Shown piece after piece: positions 37,473 to 48,032 of a DNA stretch of 59,444 nt; within the stretch, counting starts at the first letter, position 1, and each line of letters starts with the position of its first letter. Location of the stretch: assembly GCA_964535125.1 (NCBI GenBank), contig CAZHSN010000002.1:1-59444 (forward strand), in the 5' to 3' direction. The position numbers and the translations under genes were made by a program. Under the pieces are notes generated by a model. That model was not told where the DNA came from, did not search any database, and saw only the letters and a list, made by a program, of their open reading frames with translations. This stretch comes from an uncultured bacterium (GTDB lineage Bacteria; Armatimonadota; HRBIN16).

Positions 37473-38821
37473 TGAGTTCCTGGTACCCATGTCCACTGGC
37501 AGGCGCTCCGGGCGTGCTGCATATCCCCGATGCCAGTCGCACCGTGATGCCGAATGGGTTGTCAGTGGTCTGCATCCGCAAGAGCGGTATGCCGCTGGCA
37601 ACCTTTCATCTGGTCAGCCGATCCGGCGCCGGTCATGACCCCGACGCCATGGCCGGACTAGGCGACGCCTGTGCGGCGCTGTTGACGGCTGGAACGTCCC
37701 GCCTGACGGCCAAGCAGTTTGCCGAGCAAGTGGAGTCGCTGGGTGGTGAAATGGCCGGCAGTGTGTCCCGTGACCATTCGGTACTGGCGGCTGAAGTACT
37801 CTCTTGGAATCAGCGTGGCATGTTGGCCCTGCTGTTTGAGGCGATCTGTGACGCCCAGTATCCGGATGATGAAGTGTCTCTCTACTGCGAAAACGCCCTG
37901 CAGACGCTAAGCATCAACCGGTCACAACCGGCGTTTCTGGCATCCGAGGCGATCGCTGCGGCTCTTTATGGAACGCATCCCTATAGCCGGGTCGCACCGG
38001 ATGAGGGCTTCCTCGAGACCGCCGAACGTGACACGCTGCTGCCTGCACGCTCAGAGCGGTGGCGTCCCGATCGGTGCGTGCTGGTCGCGGTGGGTGACAT
38101 TGACCCGGAAGGGCTTCTGAATGACCTGGCGGCTCTTTCCGGCGGATGGCAGGCAGGCGCTACGGATCCCTTCCTCGTGCCCCCCGTCACAGAACCGGCA
38201 CGACGCCAGGTGATCGTTGTGAACCGCCCCGGTTCTGTGCAGGTGAACCTGGCCATCGGAATGTTGGCCCCTGAAGCCGCGCATCCGGACGCATTGGCAT
38301 TGGATGTGCTGAACTGCGTGTTGGGTGGGCGGACCGGCTCGCGGTTGTTCTTGAACGTACGTGAGCGTCTGGGCTACGCCTACAGCGTAGGCTCGCGTTA
38401 CAGCAGCAACCTCAACATGGCCTCATGGATGATGTCGGCGCAAACCCGTACGGACGCCGCTGCGGACGCCGCACGTGAGATGCTGGACGAGAGCGAGCGG
38501 TTGCGCACCGGCGGTGTCACGGACGCCGAAGTGGCTGCTGCCAAGTCGTACATGGATGGGGTTTTCTGCATGAAATTGGGCACGCAATCAGGATTGGCGG
38601 CTTTGCTGGAGGGGATCGAGGTGTTCGGATTGGCGCAGGACCGGATCCACACCTATCGCGATCGGTTGCGCACCGTGGATACAGACGAGATCCAGCGGGT
38701 GGCGTCGCGTTGGCTCAAGCCGGCGGACATGGCGGTGGTGGCGGTGGGTGACGCGGAAGCGCTTGCCGGAGCCATGTCACAGTTCGGTCAGGTGAGTGTC
38801 GTGGAGCCCGGGTCCGCCTGA
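37469..38821 (+). CDS. M16-family peptidase homolog lacking the HxxEH motif (probably the non-catalytic partner)
   Basis: 450 aa with an insulinase-like fold. The equivalent position reads GLGDACAALLTAGTS, with no His or Glu ligands. ATGA overlap with the upstream M16 gene. Confidence 0.75.
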   Translation: MMSSWYPCPLAGAPGVLHIPDASRTVMPNGLSVVCIRKSGMPLATFHLVSRSGAGHDPDAMAGLGDACAALLTAGTSRLTAKQFAEQVESLGGEMAGSVSRDHSVLAAEVLSWNQRGMLALLFEAICDAQYPDDEVSLYCENALQTLSINRSQPAFLASEAIAAALYGTHPYSRVAPDEGFLETAERDTLLPARSERWRPDRCVLVAVGDIDPEGLLNDLAALSGGWQAGATDPFLVPPVTEPARRQVIVVNRPGSVQVNLAIGMLAPEAAHPDALALDVLNCVLGGRTGSRLFLNVRERLGYAYSVGSRYSSNLNMASWMMSAQTRTDAAADAAREMLDESERLRTGGVTDAEVAAAKSYMDGVFCMKLGTQSGLAALLEGIEVFGLAQDRIHTYRDRLRTVDTDEIQRVASRWLKPADMAVVAVGDAEALAGAMSQFGQVSVVEPGSA

Positions 38822-38877
38822 CTTCCCGGCAGTCAGGCGGCATTCCTGCGGCGTATCGGTTTGGCGGACGCCGTTGC

Positions 38878-39562
38878 CTAGGAAGTCGACGCGTGTCGCG
38901 TCAGCTGTTCGAGCGCACTGTATGCCGCCTGCTGTTCGGCCAGGCGTTTCGTGCGTCCTTCGCCGACTCCCAGTCGCTTCTGGTCCAGTGCGACAGCGAC
39001 AACCCAGTTGGGCGCGTGATCAGGCCCGGAACTGGCCAGTACGGTATACTGGGGCACTTCGCGGTAGCGTGCTTGACAGTACTCCTGCAGTCTGCTCTTC
39101 ACATCGGATGCCCGGGAGTGCGACATCGCCTCGTCGATGCGGTGTCCCAGCACTCTCAGCACGAATGCACGCGCGGTCTCCAGCCCTCCGGAGAGATAGG
39201 CTGCGCCGATCACCGCTTCCAGCGCGTCAGCCAGTTTCTTGCGGCGGGCGCTGGATGCGCCTGTTGGATCGGCTACGCCGGTGACCAGCAGCGCTTCCAG
39301 GCCGATACGTTCTCCCTCTTCGGCCAATGTGGATCGGCTGACAACCGTAGCGCGAGCGCGCGTCAGATCACCCTCGGGATGGTCGGGGTGACGCCGGTAT
39401 AACTCCTCGGCGACGATCATGCCGAGCACCGCATCACCCAGGAACTCCAGCCGTTGATAGCTGCGGGCTATGTCACCGTCCACCGCCGCTGGATGGGTGA
39501 GCGCCTGCCGGAGCACCGGTTCGCAGTGTTCCGGCAGACCGAGTTTGGACGCGAGCGCACGG

Positions 39563-39570
<8 letters not shown>
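38878..39570 (-). CDS. rnc: Ribonuclease III
   Basis: RNase III signature QRLEFLGDAVLGMIVAEELY, plus ALEAVIGAAYL and a C-terminal dsRBD (KSRLQEYCQARY...GEGRTKRLAEQQAA). There is no in-frame ATG between 39777 and the signature. TTG 39570 is proposed as the start, and this is uncertain. Confidence 0.75.
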
Positions 39571-40756
<1,186 letters not shown>

Positions 40757-40872
40757 TGGGTTGTCCCTCCTCATGAATACGGCCTGTGGCAGGATGGCAG
40801 CGTGACTATATTGTAACCGCATGCCCATGCACGCTGACACTGCCGGTTGTGAACTCATTCACAACCGGCGGC

Positions 40873-42030
40873 TCAGGGCCGCCGGCGCTGCTCGTTGGCC
40901 TCACGCATCATCCGCACCAGTTCAGGAGCCTTTGCGGGCGTTACATCATAGTCGGCCTGCCATGGTGTATGCCACTGCCAGATCAACACGATGGGGATGT
41001 CTTCCTCAATAGCGATCTGCAGTACATGCTTCATGTAGGGAATCGGCCCATACACCTCTCCCAGGAACAACGGCATGCCGGCCTTGTCTGCCAGACGCTT
41101 CAGCTTGCGCAGCGGCTCCGCCGATTGCACATCCGTATTACCAAAGCGGATGTTATCGTGTTCGGGATAGAAGTGTACGGAGATGACCTCCGCCGGTGAA
41201 GGATGCGTGTCGCGGTACCAGCGCACTACGTCCGCTTCCGAGTCATGCGTCCAGTCACCCTTCTTCGGATTGCGGCGCAGATGCTGCGCCGGGGGTCTGG
41301 GCGATGAATACCCGGGGGTGATCAGGTGGTTCGGGTCCAGCGAGCGGACCAACTTCGCCACATCACGCACGTACGAAATCATCTGGTCTGTGGTGAAGTT
41401 GTCCCGACGCAGGCGCACAGGAGGGCCGCCGAGATGGACCCCGCAGAGGTCGTGGAAGCCGTGAGGACGCGTGGACTCAATGTCTGCGCCCAGGTTGAGC
41501 TCGTTCGAGATCTCCCACATAAGGATTGTGGGGTTGTCTTTATAACGCTTCACGAACTCTACCGTGTAAGCCTCCATGTACTGCCAGGAGCGGCTGTTCC
41601 GGTTGGTAAGCATATCTTGGACACATTCGTGCGCCATATCCGGAAACAGGTAAGTATTCCAGTTGATGGTCGGTATCAGCCAGATCCCCAGCTTCGCGGC
41701 ATCCGCCACCACGCTGTCCATGGCTTTCCACCAGTTTTCGGTATCTGCCCATTGCTTCATGTCCTGCGGCCAAAAACCGACCCCGGCAAAGCGGATGACC
41801 TTGAAACCGTGTTCGGCCGCCTCCCGCATGGCGGTTTCCGCCTGTTGACGCTCTTCTCCGCCTCGCAGGTATTGCAGAAACAGATCGAACTTATTCACGG
41901 CAATCGCGCGGAATGGCTTGCCGTCCATCACCAGGTCTGTTCCCTGGCGCTGCAGAAAGCCGGCGGGTGCGGTTTGGGCGGAGCCCTGCAGGAACAGCGC
42001 AGCGGTCAGTACGGTCAGTATCGTGCGCAT
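40873..42030 (-). CDS. Secreted GH5-family glycoside hydrolase (cellulase/mannanase-like)
   Basis: Signal peptide MRTILTVLTAALFLQGSAQTA. The conserved acid/base motif is ILMWEISNELN. GGGAGG RBS 6 nt upstream of ATG 42030. Confidence 0.75.
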   Translation of the reverse strand: MRTILTVLTAALFLQGSAQTAPAGFLQRQGTDLVMDGKPFRAIAVNKFDLFLQYLRGGEERQQAETAMREAAEHGFKVIRFAGVGFWPQDMKQWADTENWWKAMDSVVADAAKLGIWLIPTINWNTYLFPDMAHECVQDMLTNRNSRSWQYMEAYTVEFVKRYKDNPTILMWEISNELNLGADIESTRPHGFHDLCGVHLGGPPVRLRRDNFTTDQMISYVRDVAKLVRSLDPNHLITPGYSSPRPPAQHLRRNPKKGDWTHDSEADVVRWYRDTHPSPAEVISVHFYPEHDNIRFGNTDVQSAEPLRKLKRLADKAGMPLFLGEVYGPIPYMKHVLQIAIEEDIPIVLIWQWHTPWQADYDVTPAKAPELVRMMREANEQRRRP

Positions 42031-42136
42031 GTATAACCTCCCATCGCATCGTGTTCGGTATATCAACGTGTTCGTTGCCGTCGACCTGTTTTCCTGCTGC
42101 GTGGTACTATGGGGAACGAACACACAGGAGGCGAGT

Positions 42137-42958
42137 ATGACTGGCAAAACGCTGCGGCTGAAACGGCTTTTCACACGTGGTAGATCCGTCATCGTCCCGA
42201 TGGATCATGCGATCTATTTCGGTCCTGTTCCTGCGTTGCGTGATCCGGCCGGTTGGGTGGCCGACGTTGCCGGAACGGAAGCTGACGCGTTACTGATGAC
42301 GCTGGGATGCCTGAACCGGGTGGCGCCGGTGGTGGGCAACCAGGGCGTCATTGCGCGGATTGACGGCACAGTGACGCGACTGGGGCCGAGTCTGGAGGTC
42401 ACAGACCAGATCGCCAGCGTGGAACAGGCGGTCAGTGCGGGAGCAGACGCGGTGGTGTTGAATGTGTATGTGGGAGTGGACAGCGAGCGCGAGATGCTGG
42501 GCAAGCTGGGGCGTGCAGCGGAGGCGTGCCAGCGGTGGGGTATGCCTCTGGTGGCCGAAATGATCCCGGGAGCGGCTCTGGCGCGACACTACGCGGTAGG
42601 AGCGCCTCAAGCCGAGCGTGAGGTGCTGGCCGAGCAGGTAGCAGTCGCAGCACGTGTAGGGGCTGAGATGGGCGCGGATGTCATCAAGACCTGTTACACA
42701 GGCAGCGCCGATACATTCGCGTTCGTGGTTGAGAATGCTACGGTTCCGGTCTGGGCGGCAGGCGGGCCGGTGGCGACAGGAGCGGGAGGCGTGATCCAGA
42801 TGGTCGATGAGGTGATGCGTTCGGGAGCGGCCGGCGTCTGTATCGGACGGAATGTGTGGGAGCGCGCGGAACGTTTGGTGCTGTTGCAGACGATCTGCCG
42901 GATGGTTCACCACCAACTCAGCGCGGCCGAAGCACAGGAGTCGCTTGCAGAACGTTGA
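42137..42958 (+). CDS. Class I aldolase of the DhnA/FbaB/LsrF family
   Basis: RLFTRGRSVIVPMDHAIYFGP...DAVVLNVYVG...PLVAEM...ADVIKTCYTG (Schiff-base Lys context). AGGAGG RBS before ATG 42137. Confidence 0.7.
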   Translation: MTGKTLRLKRLFTRGRSVIVPMDHAIYFGPVPALRDPAGWVADVAGTEADALLMTLGCLNRVAPVVGNQGVIARIDGTVTRLGPSLEVTDQIASVEQAVSAGADAVVLNVYVGVDSEREMLGKLGRAAEACQRWGMPLVAEMIPGAALARHYAVGAPQAEREVLAEQVAVAARVGAEMGADVIKTCYTGSADTFAFVVENATVPVWAAGGPVATGAGGVIQMVDEVMRSGAAGVCIGRNVWERAERLVLLQTICRMVHHQLSAAEAQESLAER

Positions 42959-43024
42959 TCATTGCCCCTGTGTCTGGCGGATGTACAATGACCATGCGGC
43001 CGCTTTGGCCGATCGAGGTAGCGA

Positions 43025-43759
43025 TTGCTCAGCGTAGCATGTGTCAACACAGGCGACCGGTATCCGGACATCTATGTGGATCGTCTCTATCGGATGGTGC
43101 AGCGGCACCTAAGTATGCCGTTCCGATTTGTCTGTTACACTGACAGACCACGTCCTCTGGACCCTGCGGTTCAACAGGCGGACGCGTCGTCATGGGGCCT
43201 TAGCGGGTGGTTCGCCAAGCTGCGGCTGTTCGACGGTGAGCTGTTGAACGGAGAACCGCTGCTGTATATCGATCTGTCGGCGATCATCCGCAGTTCACTC
43301 GATCCAATGGTGTCCTACGCGCACGGTCATCCGTTTGTGGCCGTCAGAGATTGGAACTATGACTGTCTGAACTCCTGCGTGATGTGGATATCGCCATGCG
43401 CGGAGACACAGGGGATCTGGGATGCGTATCGTACGGGTGTGCGTTATCAAAGTCCGTTAAAGGGCGATCAGGACTACATCGATGACCATGTGCGGGAACA
43501 CGGTCTGCATGACTGGGTGACGTGGTGGCCGCCGGAATGGGTGATCTCGTACCGCAGGCTATTTCGCGTGCATCGGCGCAGCCACTTCACCGCCATGGAT
43601 GTGCTCTCACGCTCGATAGTGGTGAAGTTCCACGGCACACCGCGGCCGCACCAGTTAGGGGACTGGCGGGTGATGACTATGCTGTACCTGCGATACCCTT
43701 CGGCGTACCTGCATGCCCGTCCGCAGATGGTTCACCATCTGCGCGACGCCTGGCGGTAG
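43025..43759 (+). CDS. Hypothetical protein, tentatively a nucleotide-sugar glycosyltransferase-like enzyme
   Basis: 244-aa ORF with a TTG start: VACVNTGDRYPDIYVDRLYRMVQRHLSMPFRFVCYTDR...LYIDLS. The pattern resembles small GT-A-like proteins, but the assignment is weak. Confidence 0.45.
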   Translation: MLSVACVNTGDRYPDIYVDRLYRMVQRHLSMPFRFVCYTDRPRPLDPAVQQADASSWGLSGWFAKLRLFDGELLNGEPLLYIDLSAIIRSSLDPMVSYAHGHPFVAVRDWNYDCLNSCVMWISPCAETQGIWDAYRTGVRYQSPLKGDQDYIDDHVREHGLHDWVTWWPPEWVISYRRLFRVHRRSHFTAMDVLSRSIVVKFHGTPRPHQLGDWRVMTMLYLRYPSAYLHARPQMVHHLRDAWR

Positions 43760-43804
43760 TTGCCGGTAAATCGCCATGACACCTCGTTGGGGCCGGTGAG
43801 GCTC

Positions 43805-44911
43805 ATGGGTGTTGAATCCAGCGTGCTGTTTGTGATGCCCCGGCTGCACGGCGGGGGTGCGGAGCGTGTGGTGACGACCCTGTGCAACGGCCTGGCGGAA
43901 CAGGGCGTGCGCACCGGCCTGGCCGTGTTTCGATGCACACCGGAGGAGCGCACTTCACTGCATCCGCGCGTAGCGGTGCATGTGCTGGGTCATGGAGCGC
44001 GCCAACCATGGACGGCCGCGCTGACCATCGCCAAACTCTACAGGCTTGCCGGCGACTACCGCGTGGCGGTGTCCGGACTGGAGTTCCACACCGATCGAGT
44101 GGTGTACCAGATGAGCCGCCTCCGCCGTACCTGTGAACCTTGGGCGATGCTGCACATTGACCTTTCGGCATACGCCCCATTCCGCCGCCATGCCCGCCGA
44201 CAGGACTTCGTACAGTCGGTCTATCCGCGTTTTGCCGGCGTTATCTGCGTCTCTGAGGGGGTAAGGCGCGGTCTGCAGGTAGTCACACAGCATGGTTGCG
44301 CCAACACCCATGTGATGTTAAACCCGCTTCCACTCGACTCGGTCCGACGTCTGGCGGACGCTGTGTCTCCACTGGATGTACCCTATCTGGTATGTGTGGG
44401 TCGTTTGAATCCGCAGAAAGACCACAGGACGTTGCTGAACGCATACCGGCGTCTGCGGGACAGGAGCGAGGACGCGCCGGAACTGGTCATCATCGGAGAC
44501 GGCTCGCTGCGGGACGAACTGGCCGAGTACGCCGCAGCACTGGGCCTCAGCCCGCACGTGCGGTTCACAGGGCATCTGGCGAATCCGTACCCTTGGATAG
44601 CGCACGCGCGCGCGCTGGTGTTGAGTTCGGTGTATGAAGGGCTGGGTATGGTGTTGCTGGAGGCGATGGCGCTCGGTACACCCGTCGTGTCTACCGATTG
44701 CCCCAGCGGACCTGCCGAACTGATCGGCCAGGATGCACGCGGTCTTCTATCTCCGGTCGGTGATGGGGACGCGCTGGCTCAGGCGATCGCCACCGTACTC
44801 GAGTGTGAATATGCCACACAGATGAGGACACAACGGGCGTTGGAGTATGTGAAGCAGTTCGATGCGCCGCTCGTTGTACAGCGCTACAGGGATCTTCTGT
44901 TCCACGGGTAG
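43805..44911 (+). CDS. Glycosyltransferase family 4 (GT-B)
   Basis: VLFVMPRLHGGGAERVV, and the C-terminal region GRLNPQKDH...SSVYEGLGMVLLEAMALGTPVVSTD. ATG 43805. The track ORF starts at TTG 43760. Confidence 0.8.
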   Translation: MGVESSVLFVMPRLHGGGAERVVTTLCNGLAEQGVRTGLAVFRCTPEERTSLHPRVAVHVLGHGARQPWTAALTIAKLYRLAGDYRVAVSGLEFHTDRVVYQMSRLRRTCEPWAMLHIDLSAYAPFRRHARRQDFVQSVYPRFAGVICVSEGVRRGLQVVTQHGCANTHVMLNPLPLDSVRRLADAVSPLDVPYLVCVGRLNPQKDHRTLLNAYRRLRDRSEDAPELVIIGDGSLRDELAEYAAALGLSPHVRFTGHLANPYPWIAHARALVLSSVYEGLGMVLLEAMALGTPVVSTDCPSGPAELIGQDARGLLSPVGDGDALAQAIATVLECEYATQMRTQRALEYVKQFDAPLVVQRYRDLLFHG

Positions 44912-44934
44912 GCCCGCGGATGACCTGTACGGGT

Positions 44935-45480
44935 TCAGTCGGCCGACGGCGGGGGCAGTGTACGCTGGAAGGTCTCCAGCATGTCACTCATGCTGAATGC
45001 CACGGGGAATGCGGCGGCATAGGTCTCCAGAGCGTAGCTCCAGACGGCCTCCAGCAGCGGATCCCACATGTAGTACAGGTATTGCAGGTCGTGCGGCTCC
45101 ACCAGCAGACATCCGCGTGACTCCAAGTCATCAGGGATGGCCTGGAAACAGGCCACTTCACCCACAAACACAGGCACCCACGAGACCGCGTGCTCATCGC
45201 TCTCCAGACGGTAGCTGCCCAGCGGGGTCACACGCTGCAAGGTAATGCCGGCCTCCTCACGGGCCTCCCGCAGGACGGCGCGACGCGGCGTCTCGCCTTC
45301 CCGTATGTGGCCTCCGGGAATAGACCATCCCCGGCCTTCAATATCGACCAGCAGTGCGCGGCCGGAGAAAAACGCAAACAGCAGGGCGGCCTTGGCGGAT
45401 TCGCGCCGGGTGCTGCCGGCTACGAAGGTGACCAGTTGGTTCTTCCAGCGTACGGTTGGAAATGGCATGGATGCTTTCAT
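44935..45480 (-). CDS. NUDIX hydrolase
   Basis: Nudix box GGHIREGETPRRAVLREAREEAGI (GX5EX7REUXEEXGU). Confidence 0.85.
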   Translation of the reverse strand: MKASMPFPTVRWKNQLVTFVAGSTRRESAKAALLFAFFSGRALLVDIEGRGWSIPGGHIREGETPRRAVLREAREEAGITLQRVTPLGSYRLESDEHAVSWVPVFVGEVACFQAIPDDLESRGCLLVEPHDLQYLYYMWDPLLEAVWSYALETYAAAFPVAFSMSDMLETFQRTLPPPSAD

Positions 45481-45556
45481 CGAAGCCCATTATGGCTTGC
45501 CTGTCATCTGATGTCAATGGTTGACGCCTGGCTGCGCGCAGAGAGCAGCCCGTTGC

Positions 45557-45565
45557 TGGTAAAAT
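45557..45565 (+). promoter_or_regulatory. Candidate extended -10 promoter for the ANTAR regulator operon
   Basis: TGGTAAAAT (TGn + TAAAAT) lies about 65 nt upstream of ATG 45631. No clear -35 element. Confidence 0.3.
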
Positions 45566-45630
45566 CAATAAGACAGACCTCTTTGGCACTGACATTGAGG
45601 ACATGCAACAGCCTAAGGGAGGGCGCCCAG

Positions 45631-46212
45631 ATGAGCGACGCGACTTTGCGTATTGTCATCGCTGATGACGAACCGATCATACGGATCGACCTGAAAAACA
45701 TGCTCGAGGCGCTCGGCTACGATGTGGTGGCTGAAGCCGGTGATGGCCTGGAGGCGCTGGATGCCGTCCGGACGCACAAACCGGATCTCGTGATACTCGA
45801 CGTGAAGATGCCCAATATGGACGGCATCGATGCGGCGCGACTGATCACCGAGGAGAAACTCGGGCCGGTGATGCTGCTGACCGCGTACTATGATGAAGAT
45901 CTAATCGATCGCGCCAAGGACGCCGGTGTGTTCGCATACTTGGTGAAGCCGTTTAAGGAGCCCGATCTGAGCCCCAACATCGAAATCGCTCTTGCCCGGT
46001 ACAAGGAGTTCCTCTCGCTCGAAGAAGAGGTAGATGATCTCAACGAGCGGTTGAACACACGCAAACTGATTGAGCGTGCGAAAGGGATCCTGATGGACCA
46101 GTACGGCCTGAAGGAGCAGGAGGCGTTCCGACGGATTCAGATCCAGAGCATGAACACCCGCAAATCGATGAAGGAGATCGCCGAAGCGATCATCATCGCC
46201 CACAGCGTGTGA
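45631..46212 (+). CDS. REC-ANTAR response regulator (PdtaR/AmiR-type RNA-binding antiterminator)
   Basis: REC domain RIVIADDEPIIR...DLVILDVKMPNMDG...YLVKP. ANTAR domain RKLIERAKGILMDQYGLKEQEAFRRIQIQSMNTRKSMKEIAEAII. AAGGGAGGG RBS. Confidence 0.85.
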   Translation: MSDATLRIVIADDEPIIRIDLKNMLEALGYDVVAEAGDGLEALDAVRTHKPDLVILDVKMPNMDGIDAARLITEEKLGPVMLLTAYYDEDLIDRAKDAGVFAYLVKPFKEPDLSPNIEIALARYKEFLSLEEEVDDLNERLNTRKLIERAKGILMDQYGLKEQEAFRRIQIQSMNTRKSMKEIAEAIIIAHSV

Positions 46213-48032
46213 TGCACTCAGGACGCCATCGTTTCCGGCCAACACTTCGCGTGCGGCGTCTGATGCGGCAGCTTGGGCGTCGCCTTCGGGGCGACCAGAC
46301 CGATCTGGCGGTGCTGACCGAGGAACTGGAACTGCGTGACAAGACGCTGATTGAGCGGGAAGCCACCATTCGTGAACTGAGAGCCCAGCTGACAGAACGC
46401 CACGCCGAAGTGGATGCGCTGCGCCGTATTGGCAACGCGGTCGGTTCCGCGATGCAACTGGAGGACAGCCTCAACGCACTGGTGGAGGCCGCACAGCGGC
46501 TGACCGGTACCCAATCGTGCCATATCTACCTGTTTGATGCATCGCGCACGGAACTGGTGCTTCGTGCTTCGGATGAAGAAGGCAGAGGGATGGTGGGTAA
46601 TGTCCGGTTGCGGTTGGGAGAGGGTATTACCGGCTGGGTGGCGAGAGAGCGCCGGCCGGTAGCTGTCTCCCGGGAGGCCTACAAGGATCACCGGTTCAAA
46701 TTCCTGCCGGATGTAACGATGAACCGGTTCGAGTCAATTCTGGCAGTCCCCTTGGTCTACGAAGACGAGGTGCTGGGTGTGGTCAATGTGCGTACGGTGG
46801 AACCGCACACATACGGGCCGCATCAGATCCGCATTCTATCCAACCTGGCGGCTCAGGCCGCCGGAGCCATCACGAAGGCTCGTCAGATGCGTGAGTTGGA
46901 ACAGCGGGCCGAGCAGGCGTCCACATTGACCGAGGTGACGAAGCGCCTGGCCGGAAACCTGTACCTGGAAGACCAGTTGGCGTTCCTGGTGAACGTCACG
47001 GTGCAGGCGATGCGGTATAAGCTCTGCACGGTCATGTTGCTGGATGAAAAGACCAACGAACTGGAACTGAAGGCGACCAGCAGCACCAGTCAGGAATACA
47101 TCAGCAAGCCCAACATCCCGGTCAGCAGTTCCATTGCCGGGCAGGCCGTATCGCGCGGCGCCACCATAACGGTTGATGATGTGAAACGGCAGCCGGGTTA
47201 CCACTTTCCGGATATCGCGGCGCGAGAGGGCCTATGCTCGATGGCGAGCATTCCGTTGCGCACTCAAGACCGGATCATCGGCGTGATGAACTGCTATACA
47301 GCCACGCCTCACCAATTCGTGGAAGACGAGTTGAACATCCTGTCTGCGTTTGCCAACACTGCCGCTGTGGCTATTCAGCACGCGCGGCTGAGCGTGCGGT
47401 CCGCAATCCTGGCGGAGATGCATCATCGGGTGAAGAACAACCTGCAGCAGGTAGCCAGCCTCCTGCGTCTGCAGATGCGGTTTACATCCGATCTGCACGC
47501 GAAAGACGCGTTGCGTGAGAGCCTGGGACGCATCTTATCAATCGCTTCCGTACATGATCTGCTGAGCCGTGAAGACTTGGATTCCGTACCGCTGAACCGT
47601 CTGGCAGAGTCGATCCTGTCAGCGACCCAGCAGGGATTGGTGCCGCCGGACAAACGCATCGAGATGCGGGCGTCGTGTGCGAAACTGATGCTTCCGCTGC
47701 ATCGGGCCACATCACTGGCGCTGGTGTTGAATGAGTTGGTGCAGAACGCCATTGAGCACGGATTCGCAGAGCGGAAGCAGGGTTCTATCCTTGTTAACCT
47801 GCACCAGGATGATGAACACATCGTGATGGAAGTCACTAACGATGGCGTTCCGCTGCCCACAGGTTTTGATCCCGGGAAAACCCCCAGCCTCGGTTTACGT
47901 ATTGTCGAGGATCTGGTGCGTGGTGGTCTGCGGGGTTCCTTCCGTATGTTCAATCGCGACGGGTTGGCCTTGGCGGAGGTGCGTTTCCCTATCAATGAAC
48001 GTCGGCGGACGATTCTGGAGCCTGATGAATGA
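46209..48032 (+). CDS. Cytoplasmic sensor histidine kinase with coiled-coil, two GAF-like domains and a HisKA_2-type kinase core (PdtaS-like)
   Basis: H-box EMHHRVKNNLQQVASLLRLQ, N-box LVLNELVQNAIEHGF and G-box region GLGLRIVEDLV. No TM segments seen. The start overlaps the regulator stop. Confidence 0.8.
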   Translation: MMHSGRHRFRPTLRVRRLMRQLGRRLRGDQTDLAVLTEELELRDKTLIEREATIRELRAQLTERHAEVDALRRIGNAVGSAMQLEDSLNALVEAAQRLTGTQSCHIYLFDASRTELVLRASDEEGRGMVGNVRLRLGEGITGWVARERRPVAVSREAYKDHRFKFLPDVTMNRFESILAVPLVYEDEVLGVVNVRTVEPHTYGPHQIRILSNLAAQAAGAITKARQMRELEQRAEQASTLTEVTKRLAGNLYLEDQLAFLVNVTVQAMRYKLCTVMLLDEKTNELELKATSSTSQEYISKPNIPVSSSIAGQAVSRGATITVDDVKRQPGYHFPDIAAREGLCSMASIPLRTQDRIIGVMNCYTATPHQFVEDELNILSAFANTAAVAIQHARLSVRSAILAEMHHRVKNNLQQVASLLRLQMRFTSDLHAKDALRESLGRILSIASVHDLLSREDLDSVPLNRLAESILSATQQGLVPPDKRIEMRASCAKLMLPLHRATSLALVLNELVQNAIEHGFAERKQGSILVNLHQDDEHIVMEVTNDGVPLPTGFDPGKTPSLGLRIVEDLVRGGLRGSFRMFNRDGLALAEVRFPINERRRTILEPDE

